From Promethearchaeia archaeon (GTDB taxonomy: Archaea > Asgardarchaeota > Lokiarchaeia > Sigyniarchaeales > SOKP01): 32,000 nt of DNA. Below the pieces are notes generated by a model, which was not told where the DNA came from, ran no database searches, and worked only from the letters and a program-made list of their open reading frames with translations. The stretch spans positions 30,001 through 62,000 of the forward strand of contig JAWOFX010000007.1 in the NCBI GenBank assembly GCA_046497275.1. Reading direction: 5' to 3'. Shown here in pieces: positions 1 to 9,291 of the stretch; position 1 is the stretch's first letter, and each line of letters opens with the position of its first letter. The position numbers were made by a program, and so were the translations under genes.

Positions 1-257
1 TTTCTTCCTCTACTTGCACCTTTAGGTTTCCAATAAAAACTAGTTCCAATTAATTTAACATATTTTTCACAAAATGAAGTTAATGTAATATCTTGATCCA
101 ATTCTTGATTCATATAATTAACTAAGCGAATGATATCTTCCTTGTATAAGAAAACTTCTCCACTATTAAAACCTCTGCAGCACTGCCCGCATTTTTGACA
201 TGCAAAATGTATGCCATCTTTAAAAAACTTTGTAAGATTTATATTCGTCGAGGTCAA
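1..257 (-). CDS. YkgJ/FliB-family cysteine-cluster (putative Fe-S or Zn) protein, 5' part; runs off the window edge
   Basis: Not in the ORF track. Manual translation from TTG at 257: MTSTNINLTKFFKDGIHFACQKCGQCCRGFNSGEVFLYKEDIIRL... F-x-C-xx-CG-x-CC followed by V-x-L-xxx-DI-x-RL is the YkgJ-family N-terminus. The frame is open to base 1, with an in-frame stop just upstream of the TTG. Confidence 0.8.
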   Translation of the reverse strand, partial: MTSTNINLTKFFKDGIHFACQKCGQCCRGFNSGEVFLYKEDIIRLVNYMNQELDQDITLTSFCEKYVKLIGTSFYWKPKGASRGR

Positions 258-456
258 TATCCTTATAGGTCTTTAATTCTAAAGAATTAATTGTTTTGAA
301 ATATTTAATATTTATGCTTACTAATTATTAGAAGAGAATTTATGGGTATTATGTTTAATTATTAATCTCATGATTTATTTCATATTTAAATGTTATATAT
401 TAGAACATTGGTATTTTCATAGACTATTTAAATTAGTATTCTAAAAATAATAATTA

Positions 457-2676
457 ATGGGATTACTAAGTGAAGTTTTTCATGATCAATTAAAGACTGT
501 TAGAAATATTTTTGAAAAACACGGTATTTCTCAAACTCAAAATTTTAAAAAATGGAAAAACGACTTCATTAAATTGTATAATGCAAAATCCGTAAATCTG
601 GATTTATATACAAATTACTCAATTTTGTATTTTCTTTCTTATTATTTGATTAAAATATTTTTTGATAAAAAGCATCCTGAATCAGTTTGTATACTAAAAA
701 AACCGACTTTTATTGAAATAAGAAGTAATATAATTGATGATTTTGAGTTTTTTAATTTGAAGAAAATTGCATATTTCGATCCTATTCTTAATTGTTTAAC
801 TGATAAACAATTTTTCTTTTTTAGCTCATTAATACTAAAAATTTTTAAAAAAATTCAAGATAAAGAGATAGAAAATATTTATTATTTGGATTACGCAATG
901 CAGAATCTTCTTTCTCCAAAATTGAGGCATAAAATGGGGGAATTCTACACACCTCCTTTTCTTACCAAAAAGATGACAGAGTATTCTTACAATTTTGGAG
1001 ATTACGTTCTTGATCCTTGTTGTGGATCGGGAAACTTTTTGCTTGCAATAATCGATACAATTTTAAAAAGAAATGAACCGATGAAGAATAAAATTGAAGC
1101 GATTGATAAGATCTATGGATTTGATATCAATCCAATGGCAATATTAATGGCGAGGATAAATATTCTTCTTTTGCTTGGAAAAAAAAATTCTAAAATATAT
1201 TCAAATCTGTACAATATTGACTGTTTAGAACCTGATAATAAAATTAAAGGCATTTTATTTGATTTGGTGATAGGAAATCCTCCTTGGTTTACATTAAGAG
1301 ATATGGTTTCTGTCCAAACTCAAAATTATATTAAAAATCTCGCTGAGGAATTACACATTAAGCCCCAGCCTAAAAATATTCTAAATATTGAGATTGCGAC
1401 AATTTTTTTTTATCAATGTAAAAATTTATACTTAAAAAATAATGGAAAGATCTTTTTTGTTTTATCTGAAGGTATAATAAATGGATCTCATGCTTCCAGA
1501 TTTAGAAATTTTAATAATTTAAAAGAGATTATTATATGGTCGTTTTCAAAACAAATTCAAAATTTATTTAACGTTAAGGCAGTGTGTTTATTTGCGATAA
1601 ATTCAGACAAAAAAAATAATAAACCCAAACAGATTCCTTGTTTAATTTTCGATCTTAAAAATAATAAGGAAGATCTAAAAAATTTCGATGAAATACAATT
1701 AGAAGTTAATAAAAAATTAAATTTCATACCTTATGATAAAATCCAAAAAGCAAATAAAGTTTATACTAAAAAATTAATTTCTGAGGAAGAATATAATCTT
1801 CTTGGGAATCTTGAAGAAAGTCCTTATAAAAAACTTTTTCATAAAGGTGCAGATTTAAATCCGAGAAATTTAATATTTGTAGAAATTACGGAAAAAAATC
1901 ACCGGCATGTAAATATAAATCCTGATGAGAAAATCTTTAAAAGAGCAAAAGTTCCATGGAATCACCATGAATTCGATAATGAAGTTGTTGAAAAAGAATA
2001 TATTTTTAATGTGATAAAAAGTACCGAACTTCTAAAATTCTTGGTATTTGATTTCTATAATGTTTTTCTTCCAATATCTCAAGAAACACTGAAATTTCAC
2101 TATAACAAGTTACCTCCAAATGCTCGTAATTTTTATGATCAAATAAATAAGAAATATCTAAATTTGAAGAAAAAAACGACAAAAAATAGATCGTTAATTG
2201 AAAATTTGGATCGTTGGTCAAAATTATGTAATAAAAGACAAATGGCAAAGATTAAAGTAGTATATAATAACTCTGGGTCTATTTTAAAGAGTGCTGTGGT
2301 ATTAGGAGATTTTATAATCACTGGAGATCTTAGTTTTTATGATTCTAAAACGATTGAAGAAGCCTATTATCTTTCTGCGGTTTTGAACTCTCCAATTTTG
2401 ACCGAAAAAATAAACATTATGAAAAGTTCACGTCATATATTTAAAATCCCTTTTAATATCCCAATAAAAAAATTTGATAAAAAAAACAAAAACCATCAGA
2501 AATTAGTACAATATGGAAAGAATGGAGAAGAGTTAACGAGAAAAATTTACCAAAATTTTAGAGAAACTGAACAAGAGAATTTTTCGAAAAGAAAATTAGA
2601 AAAAAAAATACAAAGAGAACTTGGTTCACTTTTCAATAAGATTAATTTTACCCTTGAAGAAGATTTAGAGAATTAA
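457..2676 (+). CDS. N6-adenine DNA methyltransferase (N-6 DNA methylase, Eco57I/type IIG-like M+S architecture), apparently without a nuclease domain
   Basis: GEFYTP, motif I VLDPCCGSGNFL, YGFDINP and motif IV VIGNPPW (gamma-class order), followed by a long C-terminal target-recognition-like region. Confidence 0.85.
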   Translation: MGLLSEVFHDQLKTVRNIFEKHGISQTQNFKKWKNDFIKLYNAKSVNLDLYTNYSILYFLSYYLIKIFFDKKHPESVCILKKPTFIEIRSNIIDDFEFFNLKKIAYFDPILNCLTDKQFFFFSSLILKIFKKIQDKEIENIYYLDYAMQNLLSPKLRHKMGEFYTPPFLTKKMTEYSYNFGDYVLDPCCGSGNFLLAIIDTILKRNEPMKNKIEAIDKIYGFDINPMAILMARINILLLLGKKNSKIYSNLYNIDCLEPDNKIKGILFDLVIGNPPWFTLRDMVSVQTQNYIKNLAEELHIKPQPKNILNIEIATIFFYQCKNLYLKNNGKIFFVLSEGIINGSHASRFRNFNNLKEIIIWSFSKQIQNLFNVKAVCLFAINSDKKNNKPKQIPCLIFDLKNNKEDLKNFDEIQLEVNKKLNFIPYDKIQKANKVYTKKLISEEEYNLLGNLEESPYKKLFHKGADLNPRNLIFVEITEKNHRHVNINPDEKIFKRAKVPWNHHEFDNEVVEKEYIFNVIKSTELLKFLVFDFYNVFLPISQETLKFHYNKLPPNARNFYDQINKKYLNLKKKTTKNRSLIENLDRWSKLCNKRQMAKIKVVYNNSGSILKSAVVLGDFIITGDLSFYDSKTIEEAYYLSAVLNSPILTEKINIMKSSRHIFKIPFNIPIKKFDKKNKNHQKLVQYGKNGEELTRKIYQNFRETEQENFSKRKLEKKIQRELGSLFNKINFTLEEDLEN

Positions 2677-2723
2677 TATTTATTAGAAAAACTTAAATTT
2701 TTTCTGTTTCTAAGAAAATTATT

Positions 2724-4031
2724 ATGGTTAAACGTTTTATAAAAAGAATAAAACGATTAAAAAAGAGGAATAAAATAAGAATATTAATTCTACTACTCTT
2801 TTTAGTTTTCAATTTAACAGTAATCCCTCAATTATTTTATAATCGAAATTTTTTAGCGCCTCATGATGTTGACAGAAAATCGAATGGAAACACACTAATC
2901 TGTGCTGTGAGTTTAAATGAAATGTTTACACATCCATCAAGGGTAGATAAACAAGTTTCTATGCCAAATAATTCAATTAATAATAGAATTTTAGAAATAG
3001 ATCGGCGTGGTAATAAAGTATGGGAGTTTTCTGGGCTGGGGATGCCGCATGAGGTTCTTGAATTACCAAATGAAAATCTACTCGTGGCAGATACCACTTT
3101 TGATAGGGTTATAGAAATTGATTATGAACTAAAACAGATAATTTGGGCTTGGGAGCCTTCGAAAATAAACTGGACTGAAGTCAATCCGAAATGGAATAGT
3201 TCCCATTATTATAACAATCCAAAAAATTACGATTGGACACATATTAATGACGTTGATTTTAAAGAGTATGGAAATTGGAATGCTTGTTTAGTCTCACTTA
3301 GAAATTTCGATTTAGTAGTTGAGATCAATTATACAGCAGAGTCATTAAATCCAAATAAAGCGGATAACATAATATGGTGGTATGGGGATTATTCTAATCA
3401 TTCATTGCTTTCTCGTCAACATAACCCTGATTATTTAGAGAATGGAAATGTAATTGTCGCAGATTCAGAAAATGATAGGATCGTTGAAATCAATTATACC
3501 ACAAAAAAACGAGTCTGGACTTCTAATTTGGAGTTGAGATGGCCAAGGGATGCAGATGAGTTAGATAATGGAAATTTACTGATTACCGACAGTTATAATA
3601 ACCGAATAATTGAGATAAATAAAACAACTGAAGAAATAATATGGATCTTCGAAAAGGATTTAATGATTCCTTATGAGGCAGATTATTTAGGCGATGGAAA
3701 TTATCTTATCTCTACTGAATATATGGGAAAAGTAATAGAAGTTAATCGAAACGGATTTATTATATGGTCTTATGGGTTTTCAGTGATTAAATTGCTCTTT
3801 TATTTTAACTCATTGATATTATTAGGAATTGCCGGTATCGAGTTATTCTATAAAACTCAAAATCTATCTGATCCAAGACTACCAAAAAAGAAGATAATTA
3901 TAAATTTTCTCGCTTTAGGAATTTCCATTACTTTTATCATACTTTTCCTAATTGTGATATTTCACTTTGATGGACTTCTTCAGGGATTGCTTCAAATGAT
4001 ATATCCATATGTCAAGCAAAGCGTTTATTAA
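2724..4031 (+). CDS. Membrane-anchored arylsulfotransferase (ASST)-like beta-propeller protein
   Basis: N-terminal hydrophobic helix; repeated blades (ADTxxDRvIEI...W); ASST-type motifs DWTHINDVD, SLRN, QHNPD, WPRDAD; two C-terminal TM helices. Confidence 0.7.
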   Translation: MVKRFIKRIKRLKKRNKIRILILLLFLVFNLTVIPQLFYNRNFLAPHDVDRKSNGNTLICAVSLNEMFTHPSRVDKQVSMPNNSINNRILEIDRRGNKVWEFSGLGMPHEVLELPNENLLVADTTFDRVIEIDYELKQIIWAWEPSKINWTEVNPKWNSSHYYNNPKNYDWTHINDVDFKEYGNWNACLVSLRNFDLVVEINYTAESLNPNKADNIIWWYGDYSNHSLLSRQHNPDYLENGNVIVADSENDRIVEINYTTKKRVWTSNLELRWPRDADELDNGNLLITDSYNNRIIEINKTTEEIIWIFEKDLMIPYEADYLGDGNYLISTEYMGKVIEVNRNGFIIWSYGFSVIKLLFYFNSLILLGIAGIELFYKTQNLSDPRLPKKKIIINFLALGISITFIILFLIVIFHFDGLLQGLLQMIYPYVKQSVY

Positions 4032-4189
4032 ATTTTGGTTTTTTTATCTTTTTTTGAAATTTTTCACGATAATCTCAGAAATTAATTACATGTAATCCTA
4101 GAATAATTCTAAAACAAAAATCCATATTTAAATATGCATTATAATATAATTAAAATAAAACTCCTCTCATAATTAATGAAGTTGATCTT

Positions 4190-4717
4190 ATGGAGAAAAA
4201 AAGATACTTATATAAAATCCTCGTCGCAGGAAACGCGGGTGTGGGTAAAACCTCATTACTAAGAAGGTATGTGGAAGGAAAATATGATGAATCCACCATT
4301 ATGACAGTAGGAGTTGATTTTTTTATTAAGGAAATTGAATTTAATTCTGAAGCGGAATGTACTTTACAATTATGGGACTTTGGTGGACAAATACGCTTCA
4401 GACATCTGCTTGATAACTATGTTATGGGGGCTCGTGGAGCACTGCTGTTGGTTGATTTAACAAGAACTCCCAATTTGGAGGAAATAGTTGAATGGGTAAA
4501 CATAGTTCGACTACATGATATAAATCTACCAATTATTCTGGTGGGGACGAAAAATGATTTACAAGACTTTATCGCTGTGGATGATGAACAAATGTTAGAT
4601 ATTATGGAGACTTTTAACATGATGACGTATATAAAAACATCAGCAAAGACAGGTGAAAATGCGAAAAAGCCTTTTCGAATGATGGCAGAAAAATTAATTG
4701 AAAAAAAACAAGTTTAA
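4190..4717 (+). CDS. Rab-like small GTPase (Ras superfamily)
   Basis: G1 GNAGVGKT, switch I MTVGVDF, G3 WDFGGQ, G4 TKND, G5 TSAK; no C-terminal Cys prenylation motif. Confidence 0.92.
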   Translation: MEKKRYLYKILVAGNAGVGKTSLLRRYVEGKYDESTIMTVGVDFFIKEIEFNSEAECTLQLWDFGGQIRFRHLLDNYVMGARGALLLVDLTRTPNLEEIVEWVNIVRLHDINLPIILVGTKNDLQDFIAVDDEQMLDIMETFNMMTYIKTSAKTGENAKKPFRMMAEKLIEKKQV

Positions 4718-4760
4718 AATTAACTATTTTCAGTGTTGTAAGAATTAATGAAATCAATTG

Positions 4761-4769
4761 TTTTTTTTT
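4761..4769 (+). terminator. Oligo-T tract, possible archaeal terminator of the GTPase gene
   Basis: Nine consecutive T about 45 nt after the stop at 4717. Confidence 0.35.
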
Positions 4770-4777
4770 ATTGAAAA

Positions 4778-5242
4778 ATGATTAAGAAAGATTATTTTGA
4801 TGTTCTGAGATTTATCGTCAAAAAATTTCAAGAAAATAGTATTAATTGGGTTATAGTTGGGAGTATGAGTTTTAAATAGCAGGGATTAAATGTAGAACCA
4901 AATGATATTGACATATTAACAAATAGAAAAGATGCGCTTAAACTCAACAGCATTTTAAAGGATTATGTAACGCAACCAGTAAAATGGAATAAAAATGCAG
5001 AATTTGATTCATATTTTGGAAAATTTTTGATAAAGGGAGTTAATGTAGAGATAATGGGAGATTTAAAGATTAAGATGGAGGAGGAATGGATCTCTTTAAA
5101 AAATCGATTGAAAAATCCAAAATCTATAAAACTTGAAGATATATCTTTACCGGTCTCTCCTATAAAAGAACAATTGGAGTTTTATAAAAGGAGAGACAGA
5201 CCTAAAAATTTCAAAATCAATTCTATAATTAAAAAATTTTGA
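4778..5242 (+). pseudogene. Small nucleotidyltransferase-fold (pol-beta-like) gene interrupted by one in-frame TAG at 4877-4879
   Basis: The frame from ATG 4778 reads MIKKDYFDVLRFIVKKFQENSINWVIVGSMSFK*QGLNVEPNDIDILT... and continues in frame through the tracked 5027..5242 ORF to TGA. GS...DID is the NTase signature. Confidence 0.8.
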
Positions 5243-5343
5243 TATTAAAAATTATTTTCAGATATTCAACTTATTTCTTATAAAAAGCAAAAAAATAACT
5301 AAAAAAAATCTTTTTCTTAATAAACCATAAACCCTCGATTTTT

Positions 5344-6147
5344 ATGAAAGATGAGATAGTGATTCTTGGTTCTGGTGGAGGAAGGCATCATATAAGAACG
5401 CAATATAGAGCTACTGGGGGAATTTTATTAAAAGTTAGTGGAATTCAAACCCATATTGACCCTGGTCCAGGCGCGATTGTGCGGATTAATCAATATCAAG
5501 AAGACCCTACGAAGACCGAATTATTTATTGTTACGCATTTCCATCTTGACCATTATAATGACTTAGCCGTCATGATTGAAGCTTCGAGAAAAATCCTTCA
5601 TGATAAAAACCATCACTATTTTAAAAAAGGAACTCTTATCACCACTCCTGAAGTGGTGAATTATGTTTCAAAATATCATCTTGACATGCTGGAAAACACT
5701 CAAATATTCGACCCGGATAAAATTTTCTCTTATAAAAATATAAAAATAATAGGAACAAAAGTAAAGCATACAGAAACGGCAGGTTTTGGAGTAAAAATCA
5801 AATCCAAAGATTATAATATAGCTTATAGTAGTGATACGACAGTATTTGAAGGATTTGGAGAGCAGTTTAACGGTGTTGATGCACTTATTTTAAATTTATT
5901 ACGTCCTAATTCAGTCGTATGCCGAAGGCATCTCAGTACTGACCAAGTAATACCTGAATTGAACAAAATTACTCCTAAACCAAATATTTTAATTTTAAAT
6001 CATTTTGGGGCTTATATGGACAGCCCGTTATCAAAGATGAATTATGTACCAAGCCAGGTTGAGAAAATACGTAAAAATACAAATATAAAAAATGTAATTG
6101 CTGCTGAAGATGGATTAAAATTGAGCTTATCTGATTTGTTATCCTAA
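5344..6147 (+). CDS. MBL-fold metallo-hydrolase (PhnP/COG1235-like)
   Basis: N-terminal ILGSGGG, IDPGPG, metal motif THFHLDH, later KH, SSD and NHF ligand positions. Confidence 0.85.
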   Translation: MKDEIVILGSGGGRHHIRTQYRATGGILLKVSGIQTHIDPGPGAIVRINQYQEDPTKTELFIVTHFHLDHYNDLAVMIEASRKILHDKNHHYFKKGTLITTPEVVNYVSKYHLDMLENTQIFDPDKIFSYKNIKIIGTKVKHTETAGFGVKIKSKDYNIAYSSDTTVFEGFGEQFNGVDALILNLLRPNSVVCRRHLSTDQVIPELNKITPKPNILILNHFGAYMDSPLSKMNYVPSQVEKIRKNTNIKNVIAAEDGLKLSLSDLLS

Positions 6148-6290
6148 ATAATAATATCAATCAGCGAATAGAATATAACCTGCTTTTTTGAATAGAAATA
6201 TTATGATGAATAGGTATTTTTAATAAATATACCAAATTGTAAAGTCTATCTCAAAACCTCAATTAAATCTCGATTTTTGAGAAAGAATAA

Positions 6291-6430
6291 GTAGAAAAGG
6301 GCTAACATCACCACCACATAAATGAAAGAATGAGGGAGAGAATTAAACTCGGTGAGAGTTTAATAGAGGGCGAAATCCAATGTTAGTGGTAAAGTAATGT
6401 TGTGCGTATTTTTTGCGAACCCTTCTTTAA
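6291..6430. other. GC-enriched, stem-forming intergenic island (candidate structured RNA or element remnant)
   Basis: 53 G+C in 140 nt by hand count, in otherwise very AT-rich intergenic DNA. Nested complementarity: AAGGG/CCCTT, GCTAACAT/ATGTTAGT and the hairpin ATTAAACTC-GGTGA-GAGTTTAAT. No family recognised. Confidence 0.25.
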
Positions 6431-6612
6431 TAATTAATGATATTTCCCATTATAAAAAAGGTAGTTTTTTTATGCTTTTTTGTTACACCCTCAAGAACAA
6501 ATTTTTTCCTTTTAAAAAATATGAATATAGAGATAAATCGTATATTAATCTAGATAAATCCATAATAGGTTAAAATGAGATTATGAATTTCTTATTTTGA
6601 GGAAGTTCAATT

Positions 6613-7785
6613 TCAGACTTTCCAAACAAGGTTAATCTTCAGCTTTGAGACAAGATTTTTAAATGCTTTTGGTTCCGAATTGAAAGTCATCTCGTTTATT
6701 TTCACTGAGATAAACTCACTTACCATGCTTACTACATATTTAATAGAAAACAATCCTGATACATATTTATACATAAAAACGAGAAAAAGTGTAAATGGTA
6801 TTAAAGCGATAGAAAAGATTAACCAAAAACTAATAAAATCTAAGGACCATAGAAAACTAAAGGGATAGAAAATATAATGTAATGCAAATAATGTTAAAGA
6901 GTAATAAGAATAATAGAAGAGTGGATTTTTTTTAGAATTAAAATCCCTCCGTGAGTTTTTCTCGATTGTTATAAGTCCCACTAATATTAAAGTATCGAGC
7001 CCTAAAGCAAATATTATAAATGAAGTTGTATTTGCTATTTGAAAATTAGGATATTGAAATAATATACCAAATATCATAGCAGCAATCGCAGACAAGATTA
7101 AAGGAGTTGTAAAGTTCTTAATAAATTCTTTTACATTGGCTTTTTTCTCAAAATTTATTCTCGCAAGTAAAGATCCTAAAACTGTTCCAAATATAAAAAA
7201 ACTAAAATAGGGGAGTATTGAATTTTGTCCCGCATCAGATGGATAAAAGAAATCTTTTAAAAAGTCTAACATACTTGACAAATGGCTGTAATTCATTAGA
7301 ATATTTTGAATGGTAAAATTAAATATCAACCAGCTAATGCCTAAAACTATTCTAAATTTTAAAGAAAGTCTCATAATTGGCCATGCAAAAAATAAACTTA
7401 TAGACAAAGTTATTAAAATCCACCAATCGAATATTTTAGCGGTTTTATCGAATGAGGTGATCATTAAATTAATTAATATGGCAATAATAAACAAAATTAT
7501 AGCACGAATAAAAGAGTTATTCCTCCATACTCTCGTCTCCTCACTAAATTTATCTCGATGATTTAATACTTTTTTTGAATATGAAAGCGCAACACTAACA
7601 CCAGAAATTAATATGAATCCCGAGCCTTTAGCGATGGGTCTCGCAATTGGCTGCCATACCCAATTAAATAAAGTTGTATATCCTTCTGAGGATAACCACC
7701 AAATTCCTAAATGAGATAAAAACATTATAAAAATGCATAATCCCCTAAAAATGTCGATACTTCCTATTCTATTTCCCATTACCAA
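6613..7785 (-). CDS. DUF1624/HGSNAT-like multi-pass membrane acyltransferase, tandem copy 1
   Basis: N-terminal RIGSIDIFRG...M...H motif, FILISGVS, about 10 TM helices, YSLTLFALH. Confidence 0.8.
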   Translation of the reverse strand: MVMGNRIGSIDIFRGLCIFIMFLSHLGIWWLSSEGYTTLFNWVWQPIARPIAKGSGFILISGVSVALSYSKKVLNHRDKFSEETRVWRNNSFIRAIILFIIAILINLMITSFDKTAKIFDWWILITLSISLFFAWPIMRLSLKFRIVLGISWLIFNFTIQNILMNYSHLSSMLDFLKDFFYPSDAGQNSILPYFSFFIFGTVLGSLLARINFEKKANVKEFIKNFTTPLILSAIAAMIFGILFQYPNFQIANTTSFIIFALGLDTLILVGLITIEKNSRRDFNSKKNPLFYYSYYSLTLFALHYIFYPFSFLWSLDFISFWLIFSIALIPFTLFLVFMYKYVSGLFSIKYVVSMVSEFISVKINEMTFNSEPKAFKNLVSKLKINLVWKV

Positions 7786-7853
7786 TTAAACTCAAAACTA
7801 AATATATTGAGAAATATTTAATTTGATTTATAATTTTTGACAATTTTTTAGTA

Positions 7854-7874
7854 GTTGCTACGGATAGTAGCAAC
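7854..7874. promoter_or_regulatory. Inverted repeat GTTGCTAC-N5-GTAGCAAC, possible operator upstream of copy 1
   Basis: Perfect 8-bp arms, GC-containing within an AT-rich spacer, about 20 nt upstream of a TTATAAAT TATA-like box on the minus strand. Confidence 0.3.
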
Positions 7875-7997
7875 AAGTTGAGTAAAAATAAAATTTTTCT
7901 ATTATATTATTATTAAGCTTTAATTTTTTAATATAATATCCAATCTGTTAATCTCTTTTTATATAAGATTCAGCCTAAATCTAATGTTAAAGAAATC

Positions 7998-9176
7998 TTA
8001 TGCTTCTAAAGGAGGGTTTGAATAAATATTGAACTTTAATTTTATAATGAAATCTCTAAATGCACTTTTATGCTTTTTATAAAATAATTCCTCAAACTTG
8101 AGTGACAAAAACTCGCTTAAAACACTCATGACATACTTTAAGGAGAAAAGTCCTTTTATGTTATTGAAAATAAATTTCATAGAAAGAAATAGCATAGAAA
8201 AAACGAGAGAAAAGAGAAAAAGAAATTGCATAAAATCAAGCTTTATAAATGAAGTGAGCATAAACACATAATTTAGGAGATAAAGGGTCAATGAATAATA
8301 TGAAAAGTAGAAAAGAATATTATATTTAGAGTTAAAATTGATTTTAGATATTTTCTCAATCGTTATTAATAGGGATAAAAGAAAGGTATTTAATCCTAAT
8401 GAATAAAGGATCCAAGAAAAACTATTTACAGATAAAAATTTCGGAAATTGGAGAAAAATTGAGAATACTATCGTAAATCCTGAAATTAATAGTAATGGAG
8501 CAGAAAATTTTTTTAAAAATTTAGTGGTATTAGTAGTGTCTTCAAAATCTATATCGGTTAGAAAACTTCCAAAAACAGTTCCAAATAAGAAGAATGGAAA
8601 AAACGAGATAATAGGGTTTTGTCTTGTATCGGAAGGGAATAGAAAATCTAAAAGAAAATTGGATATTGGTGATAATTCACTAGTAAACTTCAAAATATTT
8701 TGAAATATCAGATTAAAAATTAGTAAAGTGATTCCAATAGCAATTCTTTTACTCTTAGATAATTTCATTAAAGGCCAGCTTAAAAATAAACAGAAAGAAA
8801 TAGTAAATAAGATCCACCAATCATAAATTTTTGCCCCTGAAGTTATTAAAGTCAATCCTAAATTAATACTAATAGCAAGTATAAATAAAATAAAAGCTCT
8901 TAAATAATATGTATTTCTTAGAATTCTTTTTTTTTCTACGTGTGAATCATAATAATCAATGAATTTTTTAGAATACGAAAGAGTTAAGCTACTACCTGAA
9001 ACAAACAAAAAACCCGCAGCTTTCCCTATTGGTTTAATAAAAGGGAGAATATATTGTTCAAAAACAATTAGATCAGTTGACGATAACCACCATATTCCTA
9101 TATGACCGAAAAGCATTAAAAAAATACAAAGTCCTCTAAAGATATCAATACTTCCTATTCTACTCCCCATTATCAA
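7998..9176 (-). CDS. DUF1624/HGSNAT-like membrane acyltransferase, tandem copy 2
   Basis: RIGSIDIFRG...M...H, FLFVSGSS, DWWIL; collinear with copies 1 and 3. Confidence 0.8.
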   Translation of the reverse strand: MIMGSRIGSIDIFRGLCIFLMLFGHIGIWWLSSTDLIVFEQYILPFIKPIGKAAGFLFVSGSSLTLSYSKKFIDYYDSHVEKKRILRNTYYLRAFILFILAISINLGLTLITSGAKIYDWWILFTISFCLFLSWPLMKLSKSKRIAIGITLLIFNLIFQNILKFTSELSPISNFLLDFLFPSDTRQNPIISFFPFFLFGTVFGSFLTDIDFEDTTNTTKFLKKFSAPLLLISGFTIVFSIFLQFPKFLSVNSFSWILYSLGLNTFLLSLLITIEKISKINFNSKYNILFYFSYYSLTLYLLNYVFMLTSFIKLDFMQFLFLFSLVFSMLFLSMKFIFNNIKGLFSLKYVMSVLSEFLSLKFEELFYKKHKSAFRDFIIKLKFNIYSNPPLEA

Positions 9177-9291
9177 ACAAAATATCCACTAATAATTTTG
9201 AAAATTAATTTTGAGTTATAGACTTTATGATTTTTTTATATTAATTATACTAAAAAGGAGAATAATTATCGTTAAAGAATAAAGAAACCCT

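Noticed and set aside
4877-4879. Genome-wide TAG reassignment
   Set aside because: TAG ends at least five apparently complete genes in this window, and no other interrupted gene was found.
5027-5242. Tracked 71-aa ORF as an independent gene
   Set aside because: It is the 3' half of the amber-interrupted nucleotidyltransferase frame starting at 4778.
6322-6380. SECIS element (ATGA...hairpin...GA) and selenoproteins
   Set aside because: The geometry does not match a kink-turn SECIS core, and I found no in-frame TGA at a Cys position in the flanking genes or in hdrBC.
6300-6390. Integron cassette array
   Set aside because: Only one CTAAC...GTTAG pair, no clear L boxes, no cassette ORF ending at it and no integrase in the window; kept only as one hypothesis for the island.
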